Shown: positions 19,570 through 28,654 of the stretch, one piece after another
Numbering within the stretch: position 1 is the first letter of the stretch
Layout: each line of letters begins with the position of its first letter
Assembly: GCA_050251945.1 (NCBI GenBank)
Contig: JBFWLW010000006.1
Coordinates: 1 to 64,000, forward strand
Length of the DNA: 64,000 nt
Source of the DNA: Deferribacterales bacterium
Lineage (GTDB): Bacteria; Chrysiogenota; Deferribacteres; Deferribacterales; Geovibrionaceae
Reading direction: 5' to 3'
Translations under genes and position numbers: made by a program
Notes under the pieces: generated by a model
Database searches by the model: none
The model's input: the letters and a program-made list of their open reading frames with translations, nothing else
Told to the model about the DNA's origin: nothing

Positions 19570-21357
19570 TTAATCTATTGCATTGAAAGGACAGTTAACG
19601 ATACATTCGCGACATTTCACACATTTGGATTTGTCTATATATGCAACCGTTCCTTTTTCCCATGTGATAGCATCAACGGGACATGCTTTTTTGCAGATAC
19701 CGCATTTTTTGCATCTGTCGTCAACAACCACGAACTCAATGAGTTCCGCACACTCCCTTGCGGGGCATTTTTTATCTCTGATGTGCGCCTCGTACTCATG
19801 TCTGAAATATTTCACAGTCGTAAGTACGGGGTTTGGTGCTGTCTGACCCAGACCGCAGAGTGACGCAGTCTTGATGTCGTTACCTACTTCCAGAAGAAGA
19901 TCGATGTCCTCTTCCCTTCCCTGACCTGTGATGATCCTTGTAAGGATATCAAGCATGGTCTTTGTTCCGATACGGCAGGGGATACATTTGCCGCATGATT
20001 CTCTCTGGGTGAATGTAAGGAAGAAATGAGCCACGTTAACCATGCAGTTCGTTTCGTCCATAACAACAACACCGCCGGAACCCATCATCGCACCTGCTGC
20101 GATGAGCGAATCGTAGTCTATGGGTGTTTCAAGGTGGTCAGGTGTAAGACAGCCGCCTGAGGGACCGCCAAGCTGAACAGCCTTGAATTTTCTCTTTTTC
20201 GGGATACCGCCGCCGACATCAAAAATGAGTTCGCGCACGGTGATACCCATAGGAACCTCAACAAGTCCGGTTGACTTGACCTTGCCTGAAAGGGCGAAGA
20301 TCTTCGTACCTTTTGACTTTTCAGTACCTATGTTTGCATACCACTCGGATCCGTTAAGCAGGATGCCGGGAAGGTTTGCGAATGTTTCAACGTTGTTAAC
20401 GTTTGAAGGTTTCTGCCAGAGACCCTTAACAGCGGGGAACGGAGGTCTGGGACGGGGCATGCCTCTTTCGCCTTCAATAGAGGCGATGAGAGCTGTTTCC
20501 TCGCCGCAGACGAAAGCGCCTGCACCCTCTTTCAGCTTCAGTTTGAAGTGGAAGTCGGTACCGAACACCTTGTCGCCGAGTATTCCTGCTGCTTCAGCAT
20601 CTTTAATGGCTTTGATAACCCTGACGATGGCAAGGGGATATTCCGCACGGCAATAGATGTAACCTTCGTCACATCCGATTGCGTAACCTGCGATAAGCAT
20701 ACCCTCGATAACCGCGTGGGGATTACCTTCGATGATGGAACGATCCATGAACGCACCGGGGTCACCTTCATCCGCGTTGCAGATAAGGTATTTATGGTCG
20801 CCGGGGCTGTTTCGGCAGAACGTCCATTTAAGACCTGTGGGGAAACCGCCGCCCCCCCTGCCTCTGAGGCCTGACTTCTTGACTTCGTCAATAACCTGCT
20901 CAGGGGTCATGGTGAGCGCTTTTTTAATCGCTTCGTATCCGCCGAGTTTGATGTAGTCCTCAAGGCTTTCGGGGTCTACACGTCCGCAGTCGGCAAGAAC
21001 GTAGCGTTTCTGTTTGTCATAGAATTGAAAATAGTCGGCCTTCGCCGCCCACTTCTCAACAACTTTACCGCCGACAATGTGTTCCTCAACTATTGTGGGA
21101 ACCATTTCAGCAGAAACGTGTTCGTAAGTGATCGGGTCTTTGCCTGGGATATAAACGTCTATAAGTACGTCACGGGCGCAGAGTCCTCTGCATCCTGTCT
21201 GTTTCGTGGCACAGTTGCGTTCTTTGGATTCCGCGTTCTTGAGACCTCTTTTGGCAAACTCCTGTTCCAGAGCCTCCATAACCTCATGTCCGCCGGAAGC
21301 AACACCAGCCGTACCCATACAGACGTGTACTTCAACGTGATCTGTTGTATAACTCAT
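19570..21357 (-). CDS. nuoF: NADH-binding subunit NuoF, long HydB/BfuB type (595 aa)
   Basis: GLRGRGGGGFP, NADEGDPGAFMDR, GGPSGG, ESCGKCIPCR; extra N-terminal thioredoxin-like domain and C-terminal 2x[4Fe-4S] domain. Confidence 0.93.
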   Translation of the reverse strand: MSYTTDHVEVHVCMGTAGVASGGHEVMEALEQEFAKRGLKNAESKERNCATKQTGCRGLCARDVLIDVYIPGKDPITYEHVSAEMVPTIVEEHIVGGKVVEKWAAKADYFQFYDKQKRYVLADCGRVDPESLEDYIKLGGYEAIKKALTMTPEQVIDEVKKSGLRGRGGGGFPTGLKWTFCRNSPGDHKYLICNADEGDPGAFMDRSIIEGNPHAVIEGMLIAGYAIGCDEGYIYCRAEYPLAIVRVIKAIKDAEAAGILGDKVFGTDFHFKLKLKEGAGAFVCGEETALIASIEGERGMPRPRPPFPAVKGLWQKPSNVNNVETFANLPGILLNGSEWYANIGTEKSKGTKIFALSGKVKSTGLVEVPMGITVRELIFDVGGGIPKKRKFKAVQLGGPSGGCLTPDHLETPIDYDSLIAAGAMMGSGGVVVMDETNCMVNVAHFFLTFTQRESCGKCIPCRIGTKTMLDILTRIITGQGREEDIDLLLEVGNDIKTASLCGLGQTAPNPVLTTVKYFRHEYEAHIRDKKCPARECAELIEFVVVDDRCKKCGICKKACPVDAITWEKGTVAYIDKSKCVKCRECIVNCPFNAID

Positions 21358-21360
21358 ATC

Positions 21361-21867
21361 CTACCCCTGAAGTGCTGCATAATCCCTGAAGATCTTACGA
21401 GCCTCTTCAGGTTTCAGGTTGCCGTATGTTTTATTGTTGATCATGATAACGGGAGCCATTCCGCATGCACCGATGCATGAAACTTCCTCAAGTGTAAACT
21501 TGAGGTCTGCGCTTGTCTCACCGTTTCTTATCCCGAATTCCTCACACACAACTTCGGAGATACGACCCGAACCCTGCACGTGGCAGGCTGTTCCTCTGCA
21601 TACCCTGATGACATATTTGCCTCTGGGTTTAGTGTAAAACTGTGCATAGAAGGTAATAACGCCATAAATCTGGTGTGCTGACATATTCAGGTTGTCGGCA
21701 ATCCTTTCAACAATTTCGCTAAAGAGAAATCCGTATGCTTCCTGAACCTGCTGGAGAACCGGAATGGTCGCGCCTTTCCAGTCTTTATACTTTTCGCAGA
21801 TCTCGTCGCATGCGGTAAAGTCTATCTCTTTGCCTGCTGATTCTGTCTCTTTTACTTCTGTCGCCAT
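21361..21867 (-). CDS. nuoE: NADH-quinone oxidoreductase subunit E (HydC-like)
   Basis: CRGTAC...CIGAC 2Fe-2S motif. Confidence 0.95.
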   Translation of the reverse strand: MATEVKETESAGKEIDFTACDEICEKYKDWKGATIPVLQQVQEAYGFLFSEIVERIADNLNMSAHQIYGVITFYAQFYTKPRGKYVIRVCRGTACHVQGSGRISEVVCEEFGIRNGETSADLKFTLEEVSCIGACGMAPVIMINNKTYGNLKPEEARKIFRDYAALQG

Positions 21868-21878
21868 TATGTCACCCC

Positions 21879-23063
21879 TTACCTGTCGATTTCGCCGAGT
21901 ACCACGTCGTTGGTACCGACTATCGCAACAAGGTCGGCCAGCATGTGTCCTTTGGCCATCTTGTTCAGTACGCCGAGGTTAACATAGGAGGGGGCTCTTA
22001 TCTTCATCCTGTAAGGTCTTTCTTCTCCTTCGGAAACAAGATAGAAACCGAGTTCGCCTTTGGGCGCCTCGATACCCTGATATGTTTCGCCTTTGGGAGC
22101 TTTGAAACCTTTGGAAACGATGTAGAATCTTCTGATAAGTGCTTCCATGCGCTCGTAAACGTCTTCGTGCGAGGGCAGAGCAACTCTGGGGTCGTCGGTC
22201 ATGACTTCGCCTGTTGCGGGTATCTGCTCAAGAGCCTGCTGAAGAATCTTGTTTGATTCACGAAGCTCTTTCATTCTGACTTTATAACGTGCGTATGTAT
22301 CGCCTTCCTGCTGTACGGGAATTTCCCATTTGAACCTGTCGTAGATGCCGTAGGGTTCGTCACGGCGAAGATCGAAATCAACACCTGAGCCTCTCATAAG
22401 GGGACCTGACGTACCGTAAGCCTGAGTATCGTCAGCGGAAAGATGTCCGATGCCGATGGTTCTCATTTTCCAGATTCTGTTGTTTGTCAGCAGGTTTTCG
22501 TATGTGTCAACGTTAGCGTCGAATCTTTCAACGAAGGATTTAAGCCTTACAAAGAAATCTTCGGGCATGTCTGCGCGGATGCCGCCGATACGGATCCATG
22601 AGCTGGTCATACGCTGACCTGTGCCCACTTCAAACATATCAAGGATCTCCTCACGCTCACGGAAAGCGTAAAGGAATACGGTCATCGCGCCTATATCAAG
22701 GGCGTGTGTTGCAACCCACACAAGGTGAGATGCAATTCTTGACATCTCTGCGAGCATAACTCGGAGGTATTCGGCTCTCTCGGGAATATTAACGTCAAAG
22801 AACTTCTCTACTGCAAGGCAGTAGGCAAGGTTATTAGAAAGAGGTGAAAGGTAGTCAAGTCTGTCTGTGAGCGGAATAACCTGGTGGTATGTTCTGTTCT
22901 CGGCAAGTTTTTCAGTGCCTCTGTGGAGAAAGCCCACATCGGGTTCCACATTGACAATGGTCTCGCCGTCGATGTCTACCACAAGTCTCAGAACCCCGTG
23001 TGTCGAGGGGTGCTGGGGTCCCATGTTGACGGTAATTACTTCTGAAATGTTATTGTTAATCAT
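21879..23063 (-). CDS. nuoD: NADH-quinone oxidoreductase subunit D
   Basis: NMGPQHPSTHGVLRL, RLDY, C-terminal GEIDR; no NiFe CxxC. Confidence 0.97.
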   Translation of the reverse strand: MINNNISEVITVNMGPQHPSTHGVLRLVVDIDGETIVNVEPDVGFLHRGTEKLAENRTYHQVIPLTDRLDYLSPLSNNLAYCLAVEKFFDVNIPERAEYLRVMLAEMSRIASHLVWVATHALDIGAMTVFLYAFREREEILDMFEVGTGQRMTSSWIRIGGIRADMPEDFFVRLKSFVERFDANVDTYENLLTNNRIWKMRTIGIGHLSADDTQAYGTSGPLMRGSGVDFDLRRDEPYGIYDRFKWEIPVQQEGDTYARYKVRMKELRESNKILQQALEQIPATGEVMTDDPRVALPSHEDVYERMEALIRRFYIVSKGFKAPKGETYQGIEAPKGELGFYLVSEGEERPYRMKIRAPSYVNLGVLNKMAKGHMLADLVAIVGTNDVVLGEIDR

Positions 23064-23071
23064 ATCAGTTC

Positions 23072-23569
23072 CTACCTTGAAAACTTAAGACCGAGACCTT
23101 GCTCATCAGCATTGTTGAACCATGATCTCTCTTTAAGCGGGAAGTCTTTTCTGAGGGGGTGACCTTCAAAGAATTCGGGAAGCAGGACTCTTTTCAGGTT
23201 GGGGTGACCTTCAAAGACTATGCCCATAAGGTCATACTGCTCCCTTTCCATCAGGTTTGCACCCGGCCAGATATCTGTGATAGTGGGGAACTTATTGTCC
23301 TCACCTGAAAGTTTGACAAAAACGCGCAGCTTGTTCTCAACAGAGAACAGGTTGATGGTGATCTCAAACTTTTCACGTTTCTTGGGCCAGTGTACGGCAA
23401 CAACGTCCACTATGTACTTGAAGGATGCTTCGTCTCTTAAAGCAGTTAAAACCGCTTTATAGGCGGCGGCGTCCTTCACTCTTATGAAGTTGCACTTGAA
23501 CTCCGTATAGCTGTTGAGCTTTTCGGGGAAAAGTGCTTCCAGTTTGGCTGCAAGCTGTTCAAATGTCAT
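23072..23569 (-). CDS. nuoC: NADH-quinone oxidoreductase subunit C
   Basis: EREQYDLMGIVFEGHP and GHPLRKDFP motifs. Confidence 0.96.
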   Translation of the reverse strand: MTFEQLAAKLEALFPEKLNSYTEFKCNFIRVKDAAAYKAVLTALRDEASFKYIVDVVAVHWPKKREKFEITINLFSVENKLRVFVKLSGEDNKFPTITDIWPGANLMEREQYDLMGIVFEGHPNLKRVLLPEFFEGHPLRKDFPLKERSWFNNADEQGLGLKFSR

Positions 23570-23578
23570 CCTTTCCTC

Positions 23579-24055
23579 CTACTTTCTCACGACTTTTTCA
23601 GTCATGATTTTCTTTTGCAGAGCAGTAATGGCATCGAAAAATGCTTCGGGTCTGGGAGGGCAGCCGGGAACATAGAAATCAACCGGAATAACCTCGTCAA
23701 CACCTTGCACTGTAGAATAGGTGTTATAGATTCCGCCGCTTGTTGCGCAGCTTCCGATAGCTATGACCCATTTGGGCTCAGGCATCTGCAGATAGACCTT
23801 TCTGACGACAGGCGCCATTTTTCTGGTAACTGTTCCGGCAACCAGCATCAGGTCTGACTGACGCGGGGTCGCGCGGAAAATGATACCCATTCTGTCAAGG
23901 TCGAATTTGGCAGCGCCGCAGGCCATCATTTCGATCGCGCAGCAGGCGAGACCGAACGTAACAGGCCAGATAGAGCCTTTTCTGCAGTAGTTGATAACAT
24001 TATCAACCGTTGTTGTGAGAACGTTGTCAGGTAATTTTCTGTCAATTAAGCCCAT
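23579..24055 (-). CDS. nuoB: NADH-quinone oxidoreductase subunit B
   Basis: [10 protein letters not shown] and PGCPPRPE motifs. Confidence 0.97.
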   Translation of the reverse strand: MGLIDRKLPDNVLTTTVDNVINYCRKGSIWPVTFGLACCAIEMMACGAAKFDLDRMGIIFRATPRQSDLMLVAGTVTRKMAPVVRKVYLQMPEPKWVIAIGSCATSGGIYNTYSTVQGVDEVIPVDFYVPGCPPRPEAFFDAITALQKKIMTEKVVRK

Positions 24056-24399
24056 TCTAACGCTCCTTTCTGCCATGCGTAAAAGTAACCGAAAACAAGG
24101 ATTACGATGAACAGAATCATCTCGATGAGACCGAAAAGCCCGATCATGTCGAAGCTGACGGCCCAGGGGTACAGAAACACTGTCTCCACATCAAAAATAA
24201 CAAACAGCATAGCGATTATGTAGAACCTGAGGTTCAGACGCTTTCTGTTTTCATCCAGCGAGGGCATTCCGCACTCATATACGCTGAATTTGACCTTTTC
24301 ATATTTCGCGGGACGGACAATGGCTCCTACGAACATAATTATTATGCCGAGAGCTCCGGCCACGATAAGGAAAAGCACTATAGGCAAATATCCACTCAT
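24046..24399 (-). CDS. nuoA: NADH-quinone oxidoreductase subunit A
   Basis: YECG and [12 protein letters not shown] motifs. Confidence 0.97.
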   Translation of the reverse strand: MSGYLPIVLFLIVAGALGIIIMFVGAIVRPAKYEKVKFSVYECGMPSLDENRKRLNLRFYIIAMLFVIFDVETVFLYPWAVSFDMIGLFGLIEMILFIVILVFGYFYAWQKGALEWA

Positions 24400-24432
24400 A
24401 CCTCACCTCTGTATTTTGTATACAGTATGCAG

Positions 24433-24461
24433 TATCTATCATGAAGCAGTAAAGGTGTCAA
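24433..24461 (-). promoter_or_regulatory. Possible sigma70 promoter of the nuo operon
   Basis: TTGACA-N17-TAGATA, with TG upstream of the -10. Confidence 0.35.
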
Positions 24462-24550
24462 CAAGAAACATCGTTTTAGGACTAAAAGAATCCCCGTATT
24501 GGAAGGGGGTTTACGCGTCTGTGCCATTGGAGCGGGAGTTCAGAATAATA

Positions 24551-25456
24551 CTATAATTTAAGTCTTTTTACAAGCTCTTCAATATCAGCGGGAAGAGGCG
24601 ATTGAAAAGACTTCTGGGTGTTATCGAAAGGATCTATAAAGGACAGATGCCATGAATGCAAAGCCTGTCTTTCGATGGGCATCGCAGTGGAAATCTTGTT
24701 TCCGTACACGCTATCACCCGCCAGCGGGAAGCCCAGATGGGACATGTGTACCCGTATCTGATGGGTTCTTCCGGTGTATATTTTTACCTCTGCAAGAAAC
24801 GCCCCCTTTAACAATTTTAGAACAGTGATTTCACTTTTAGCGTGTTTGCCGTTTTCGTCCACAGCCATCTTTTTACGGTCTTTTTTGCTCCTTGCGATGG
24901 GAAATTCGGCTGAAAATTTCTCTGTTTTCGGATTGCCCGCGCAAACGGCAAGGTATTTTTTATCCACTGTTCTATCCGCAAACATCTTTGACAGTTTCTC
25001 CCGCGCATTTCTGTTTTTCGCAACAAGAAGCAGTCCGGAGGTGTCCTTGTCCAGACGGTGTACTATACCCGGTCTGACATCATTATCATCCTGTATATCA
25101 AACAGATAGAGCAATCCATTGACTAAAGTGTCCGCGTCTGTGCCGTGTGCGGGATGCACTGTCACCCCTGCTGGTTTGTCTATGACGGCATAGTTGTCAC
25201 ACTCGTACACGACCTTCATATCCATCTCAACGGGCGTAAGGTCGGGCATCTTCTCCGGCGGTATAACGACTATTATATTATCGCCTGCCTTCACCTTATA
25301 TTTCTTTTCACGGACGATGCCGTTGACGGTTACGTTCCCCTGCTCAATGAGCTTTTCTGCATGAGAACGGGAAATTTCCGAATTTGCTGAGATGTATGTG
25401 TCCAATCTGACAGAGTTTTCCGCTGCCGTGAGTGTTATTGTTTTGTTGTTGTCCAT
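24551..25456 (-). CDS. rluD: RluA/RluD-family pseudouridine synthase
   Basis: S4 domain, IVHRLDKDTSG, GRTHQIRVH. Confidence 0.85.
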   Translation of the reverse strand: MDNNKTITLTAAENSVRLDTYISANSEISRSHAEKLIEQGNVTVNGIVREKKYKVKAGDNIIVVIPPEKMPDLTPVEMDMKVVYECDNYAVIDKPAGVTVHPAHGTDADTLVNGLLYLFDIQDDNDVRPGIVHRLDKDTSGLLLVAKNRNAREKLSKMFADRTVDKKYLAVCAGNPKTEKFSAEFPIARSKKDRKKMAVDENGKHAKSEITVLKLLKGAFLAEVKIYTGRTHQIRVHMSHLGFPLAGDSVYGNKISTAMPIERQALHSWHLSFIDPFDNTQKSFQSPLPADIEELVKRLKL

Positions 25457-25468
25457 GTTCCATTAAAT

Positions 25469-25542
25469 GAGACTGCTTCGGGCAAACGCCTTCGCAGAGA
25501 CGGCGGAGGTCTTCGCGAGGAGCGCAGGCGACGCGGCGATCT
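25469..25542. repeat. REP-like dyad, family A
   Basis: GAGACTGCTTCG..TCGCAGAGAC plus inverted GTCTTCGCGAG..CGATCT. Confidence 0.8.
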
Positions 25543-25566
25543 GCTTTCCTTTATTCAAACTATTTC

Positions 25567-25595
25567 TTGACTTATATTACCTGAACGGCTATAAG
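25567..25595 (+). promoter_or_regulatory. Putative promoter of rpsF-ssb-rpsR
   Basis: TTGACT-N17-TATAAG. Confidence 0.5.
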
Positions 25596-25658
25596 TTTCA
25601 ACCACCTTTGTTGCGCATAGTATAAGTGCGTGACTATTTAATCCACGAAGGAGGACAC

Positions 25659-26129
25659 ATGAACACTTACGAAACCGTATTCATCGTCCGCCCCGATCTC
25701 CAACAGGATGAGATCGAAAAAGAGCTTGAGTTCTTCAAAGGGAACATCGAGCAAAACGGCGGAAAGATCATCAAAGTTGAGCCTTGGGGCAGAGTAACAA
25801 TGGCATACGCCATCGAAAACTACGCAGAGGGCTACTACTTCCTTATCCAGTTTGAAGCAGACATCAACTACCCCGACGAACTTACAAAACGTTTCCGTTA
25901 CAACGAGAACGTACTCAGATTTGTCATCGTTGCCATTGATGAGAAAAAATTCAAACTCAACCCCAAAAAAGACACAGGCGCTAAGCGCTATGTTAAAAAA
26001 CCCGGCGCAAGAAAACCCCGCGAAGGTGAAGAGGGTGAGGAATCCGCTCCCGCTGAAACAGAAGAGAGCGAAGAAGCAACAACAACTACAACTACTACTA
26101 CAACTACAGAAGACTCAGCGGCTGAATAA
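25659..26129 (+). CDS. rpsF: 30S ribosomal protein S6 with long acidic/poly-Thr tail
   Basis: YETVFIVRP, WG...AY.I, VLRF motifs; SD AAGGAGG. Confidence 0.95.
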   Translation: MNTYETVFIVRPDLQQDEIEKELEFFKGNIEQNGGKIIKVEPWGRVTMAYAIENYAEGYYFLIQFEADINYPDELTKRFRYNENVLRFVIVAIDEKKFKLNPKKDTGAKRYVKKPGARKPREGEEGEESAPAETEESEEATTTTTTTTTTEDSAAE

Positions 26130-26146
26130 GCCCGCAGGAGAATACT

Positions 26147-26542
26147 ATGGGTTTCCTTAATAAAGTCATGCTGCTCGGCAATGTTACACGCAACCCCGAA
26201 GTTCGGTTCATCCCGGGGCGTGACCTGCCTGTCGCAAAATTCGGACTGGCAGTCACAAGGAAAACAAAAGACAGAGAAGAGACCTGTTTCATCGACATAG
26301 TGACTTTCGGTAAAACTGCCGAAATGTGCGGAGAATACGTTACAAAAGGTATGCCGCTGCTTATCGAAGGCAGACTCAACTACAGCACATGGGAAACCGA
26401 CGGACAAAAGCGTTCAAAGCATGAGGTGGTTGCCGAGAATATCCAGTTTGTCTCCAGAAGAGACAAAGGGGAGCATTCCGGTTCAAGTGCATTTGAAGAG
26501 CCGGTATCCGGTTCCATGGACGAAGACGATATTCCATTTTAA
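26147..26542 (+). CDS. ssb: Single-stranded DNA-binding protein
   Basis: NKVMLLGN OB fold; C-terminal DDIPF. Confidence 0.97.
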   Translation: MGFLNKVMLLGNVTRNPEVRFIPGRDLPVAKFGLAVTRKTKDREETCFIDIVTFGKTAEMCGEYVTKGMPLLIEGRLNYSTWETDGQKRSKHEVVAENIQFVSRRDKGEHSGSSAFEEPVSGSMDEDDIPF

Positions 26543-26554
26543 GGAGGAAAAGAA

Positions 26555-26785
26555 ATGGCTGTTGTAAGACGCAAATTTCAGCGCAGAAAAGTATGCAAAT
26601 TCTGCACAGAAGCTATAGATATTGACTACAAAGATGTTAAACTGCTTCGTCAGTATGTTACGGAAAGAGGCAAAATAATGCCCCGCAGACTTACCGGCAC
26701 ATGTGCAAAACACCAGAGATCACTCTCAACTGCTGTGAAGACTGCAAGAGTTATCGCTCTGCTGCCTTTCAGCCTCAACAGATAA
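26555..26785 (+). CDS. rpsR: 30S ribosomal protein S18 (Zn-binding type)
   Basis: CKFC, IDYKD and [10 protein letters not shown] motifs. Confidence 0.97.
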   Translation: MAVVRRKFQRRKVCKFCTEAIDIDYKDVKLLRQYVTERGKIMPRRLTGTCAKHQRSLSTAVKTARVIALLPFSLNR

Positions 26786-26793
26786 TAAGGAAA

Positions 26794-26821
26794 GGGGAGG
26801 CAAAAAACCTCCCCGCTTTTT
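26794..26821 (+). terminator. Intrinsic terminator after rpsR
   Basis: GGGGAGG-loop-CCTCCCC followed by a T tract. Confidence 0.7.
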
Positions 26822-26822
26822 C

Positions 26823-27731
26823 ATGACAAAAACCATTTTATACCCACTGGCGTCTGTCCTTTTTTATGCACTTCTCGCTTACTATCCCCAGTATGCGATA
26901 ATCGGCGCAGTTTTCAGCCCTCTTCTTCTGCTTGTTTATCTGGGTTCTGAAAAACGAAACAAATATTCAGACCTGATGCTCGGCGCCGCAATAGCCCTTA
27001 CAGCGGGTATAAGCATCATAACCACAGGTCTTTATGTCATTTCCGTGGCTTTCACAGCAGTCTTTATCTTTAAATTCCTGCAGAAGGGACACAGAGACAT
27101 ATGGTTTCCGGTAACTGTCGCTCCGCTTTTGGTCTTCATCGTTATGGCGGCGGTCATATACGGAATCCCCGATTACCGCAACACACTAATTAACGTTGCG
27201 GAACAGGGTATAAAGAGCTTCATCGAAACGGTGAAGGCTTCAAAAAACCCGATGTCCAACGACCCGTATTTCCTGAATATCGAAAAACAGAGCAGACTCG
27301 CTGCGCAGTCGGTGGTGCTTATCTTCCCGGCAGTCAACTACATATTGACGGCATTCTGCACCCACATAGCTTTCAACCTTTATACCAAGCTCAAACGCAT
27401 CAAAATTAATAAATTCAGGCTGCCGGATAATCTTGTCTGGGCGCTTATTCTTGGCTTCGCGCTGGTATTTGTCAAACAGACCATGGCAAAACACGCCGGA
27501 CTGAATATTATACTAATAATGATGACACTTTATGCATTTCAGGGATTCGATATAATTTCCTACTGGATGGCAAAATTTAAATTCATTCCCGTCATCAAAG
27601 CAATACTTTTTATCTTTATCTTTTCAGAACCCCCGTTTATAATCTTCATAGCCCTGCTGGGACTGTTCAGTGTGTGGTTCAACCTGTACGGCAGGCAGGA
27701 GAATGATCGGGAGCAGACGCCATCAGACTGA
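26823..27731 (+). CDS. DUF2232/YybS-family membrane protein
   Basis: Polytopic membrane protein with FRLPD and FQG motifs; usual position after rpsR. Confidence 0.75.
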   Translation: MTKTILYPLASVLFYALLAYYPQYAIIGAVFSPLLLLVYLGSEKRNKYSDLMLGAAIALTAGISIITTGLYVISVAFTAVFIFKFLQKGHRDIWFPVTVAPLLVFIVMAAVIYGIPDYRNTLINVAEQGIKSFIETVKASKNPMSNDPYFLNIEKQSRLAAQSVVLIFPAVNYILTAFCTHIAFNLYTKLKRIKINKFRLPDNLVWALILGFALVFVKQTMAKHAGLNIILIMMTLYAFQGFDIISYWMAKFKFIPVIKAILFIFIFSEPPFIIFIALLGLFSVWFNLYGRQENDREQTPSD

Positions 27732-28654
27732 CAAAGCTGAATGCCACCAAAGTATCTATTGGTACTGCGGTTTTCCTTTCTGTTTTCAAGGCGGCGGTGG
27801 GGATATGGTCCGGTTCGCTGGCAGTTCTTTCATCCGCTTTTGACTCTCTACTGGATGTGATATCCTCCACAGTGAACTACTATGCTCTCAAGGTATCCAT
27901 GACTCCGCCTGACGAAAACCACCAGTACGGTCATGCAAAATTTGAACCGCTGGCGGCTCAGATACAGTCATTTCTGATATTGTTCTCAGGTATTTATATA
28001 CTGTACAAAGCATACGGAAATTTCCATTCCGAAATGCAGATCAAAGCTGTCGGCGTTAACATCGCGGTCATGGCAATAAGCATGGCTATAACCGCAGCAT
28101 TGGTGTATTTTCTTAAATATGCCGCGAACAAATTACGATCCACAGTGCTTTATGCAGACAGCCTCCACTACCGCACGGATCTTCTCAGCGGTGCAGGAAT
28201 TCTTACAGCGCTGATCATAATAAAATTTACCGGTCTGCACATAATAGACTCTATTGTCAGTGCCGTAATTGCAGTGTATATTATCGTTTCCGCTCTCCGT
28301 CTGAACTTTCAGGTGACAAGAGAGCTCTTAGATGAGACCCTTCCGGAAGAGGATATGAAGATTCTTCAGGAAATACTGGACAGGCACAGGATTGAGATCG
28401 TCAACGTACATAAGCTGCGCACCAGAAGCGCCGGAAACCAGAAGTTCATAGACATGCATCTCGTGCTTTACCACGGATTAAGCCTTCAGGACGGCAACGA
28501 CATCCGCAACGACATTGAAAAACGCATTAAGAAAGGCATAAAAGGTGCCGACGTTAATATATACATAGAACCCTGCGACCCCGACCACTGCGACACATGC
28601 TGTGTTTGCGGCGAACAGGAACAGGATAACAATACGAATTCAGGGAGTAACTAA
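27728..28654 (+). CDS. Cation diffusion facilitator (FieF-like); probable CTG start
   Basis: SAFDSLLD, PPDENHQYGHAKFE, ADSLHYRTD motifs; first TM helix lies upstream of the GTG at 27797. Confidence 0.85.
   Translation: MTKLNATKVSIGTAVFLSVFKAAVGIWSGSLAVLSSAFDSLLDVISSTVNYYALKVSMTPPDENHQYGHAKFEPLAAQIQSFLILFSGIYILYKAYGNFHSEMQIKAVGVNIAVMAISMAITAALVYFLKYAANKLRSTVLYADSLHYRTDLLSGAGILTALIIIKFTGLHIIDSIVSAVIAVYIIVSALRLNFQVTRELLDETLPEEDMKILQEILDRHRIEIVNVHKLRTRSAGNQKFIDMHLVLYHGLSLQDGNDIRNDIEKRIKKGIKGADVNIYIEPCDPDHCDTCCVCGEQEQDNNTNSGSN

Noticed and set aside
17289..24076. Hydrogenase, formate dehydrogenase or selenoprotein interpretation of the nuo genes
   Set aside because: NuoD lacks NiFe CxxC motifs, NuoG lacks H-cluster motifs, and no in-frame TGA interrupts these ORFs
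27724..27736. CAGACTGACAAAG resembling the MITE terminal repeat
   Set aside because: Short match inside a coding junction with no partner end
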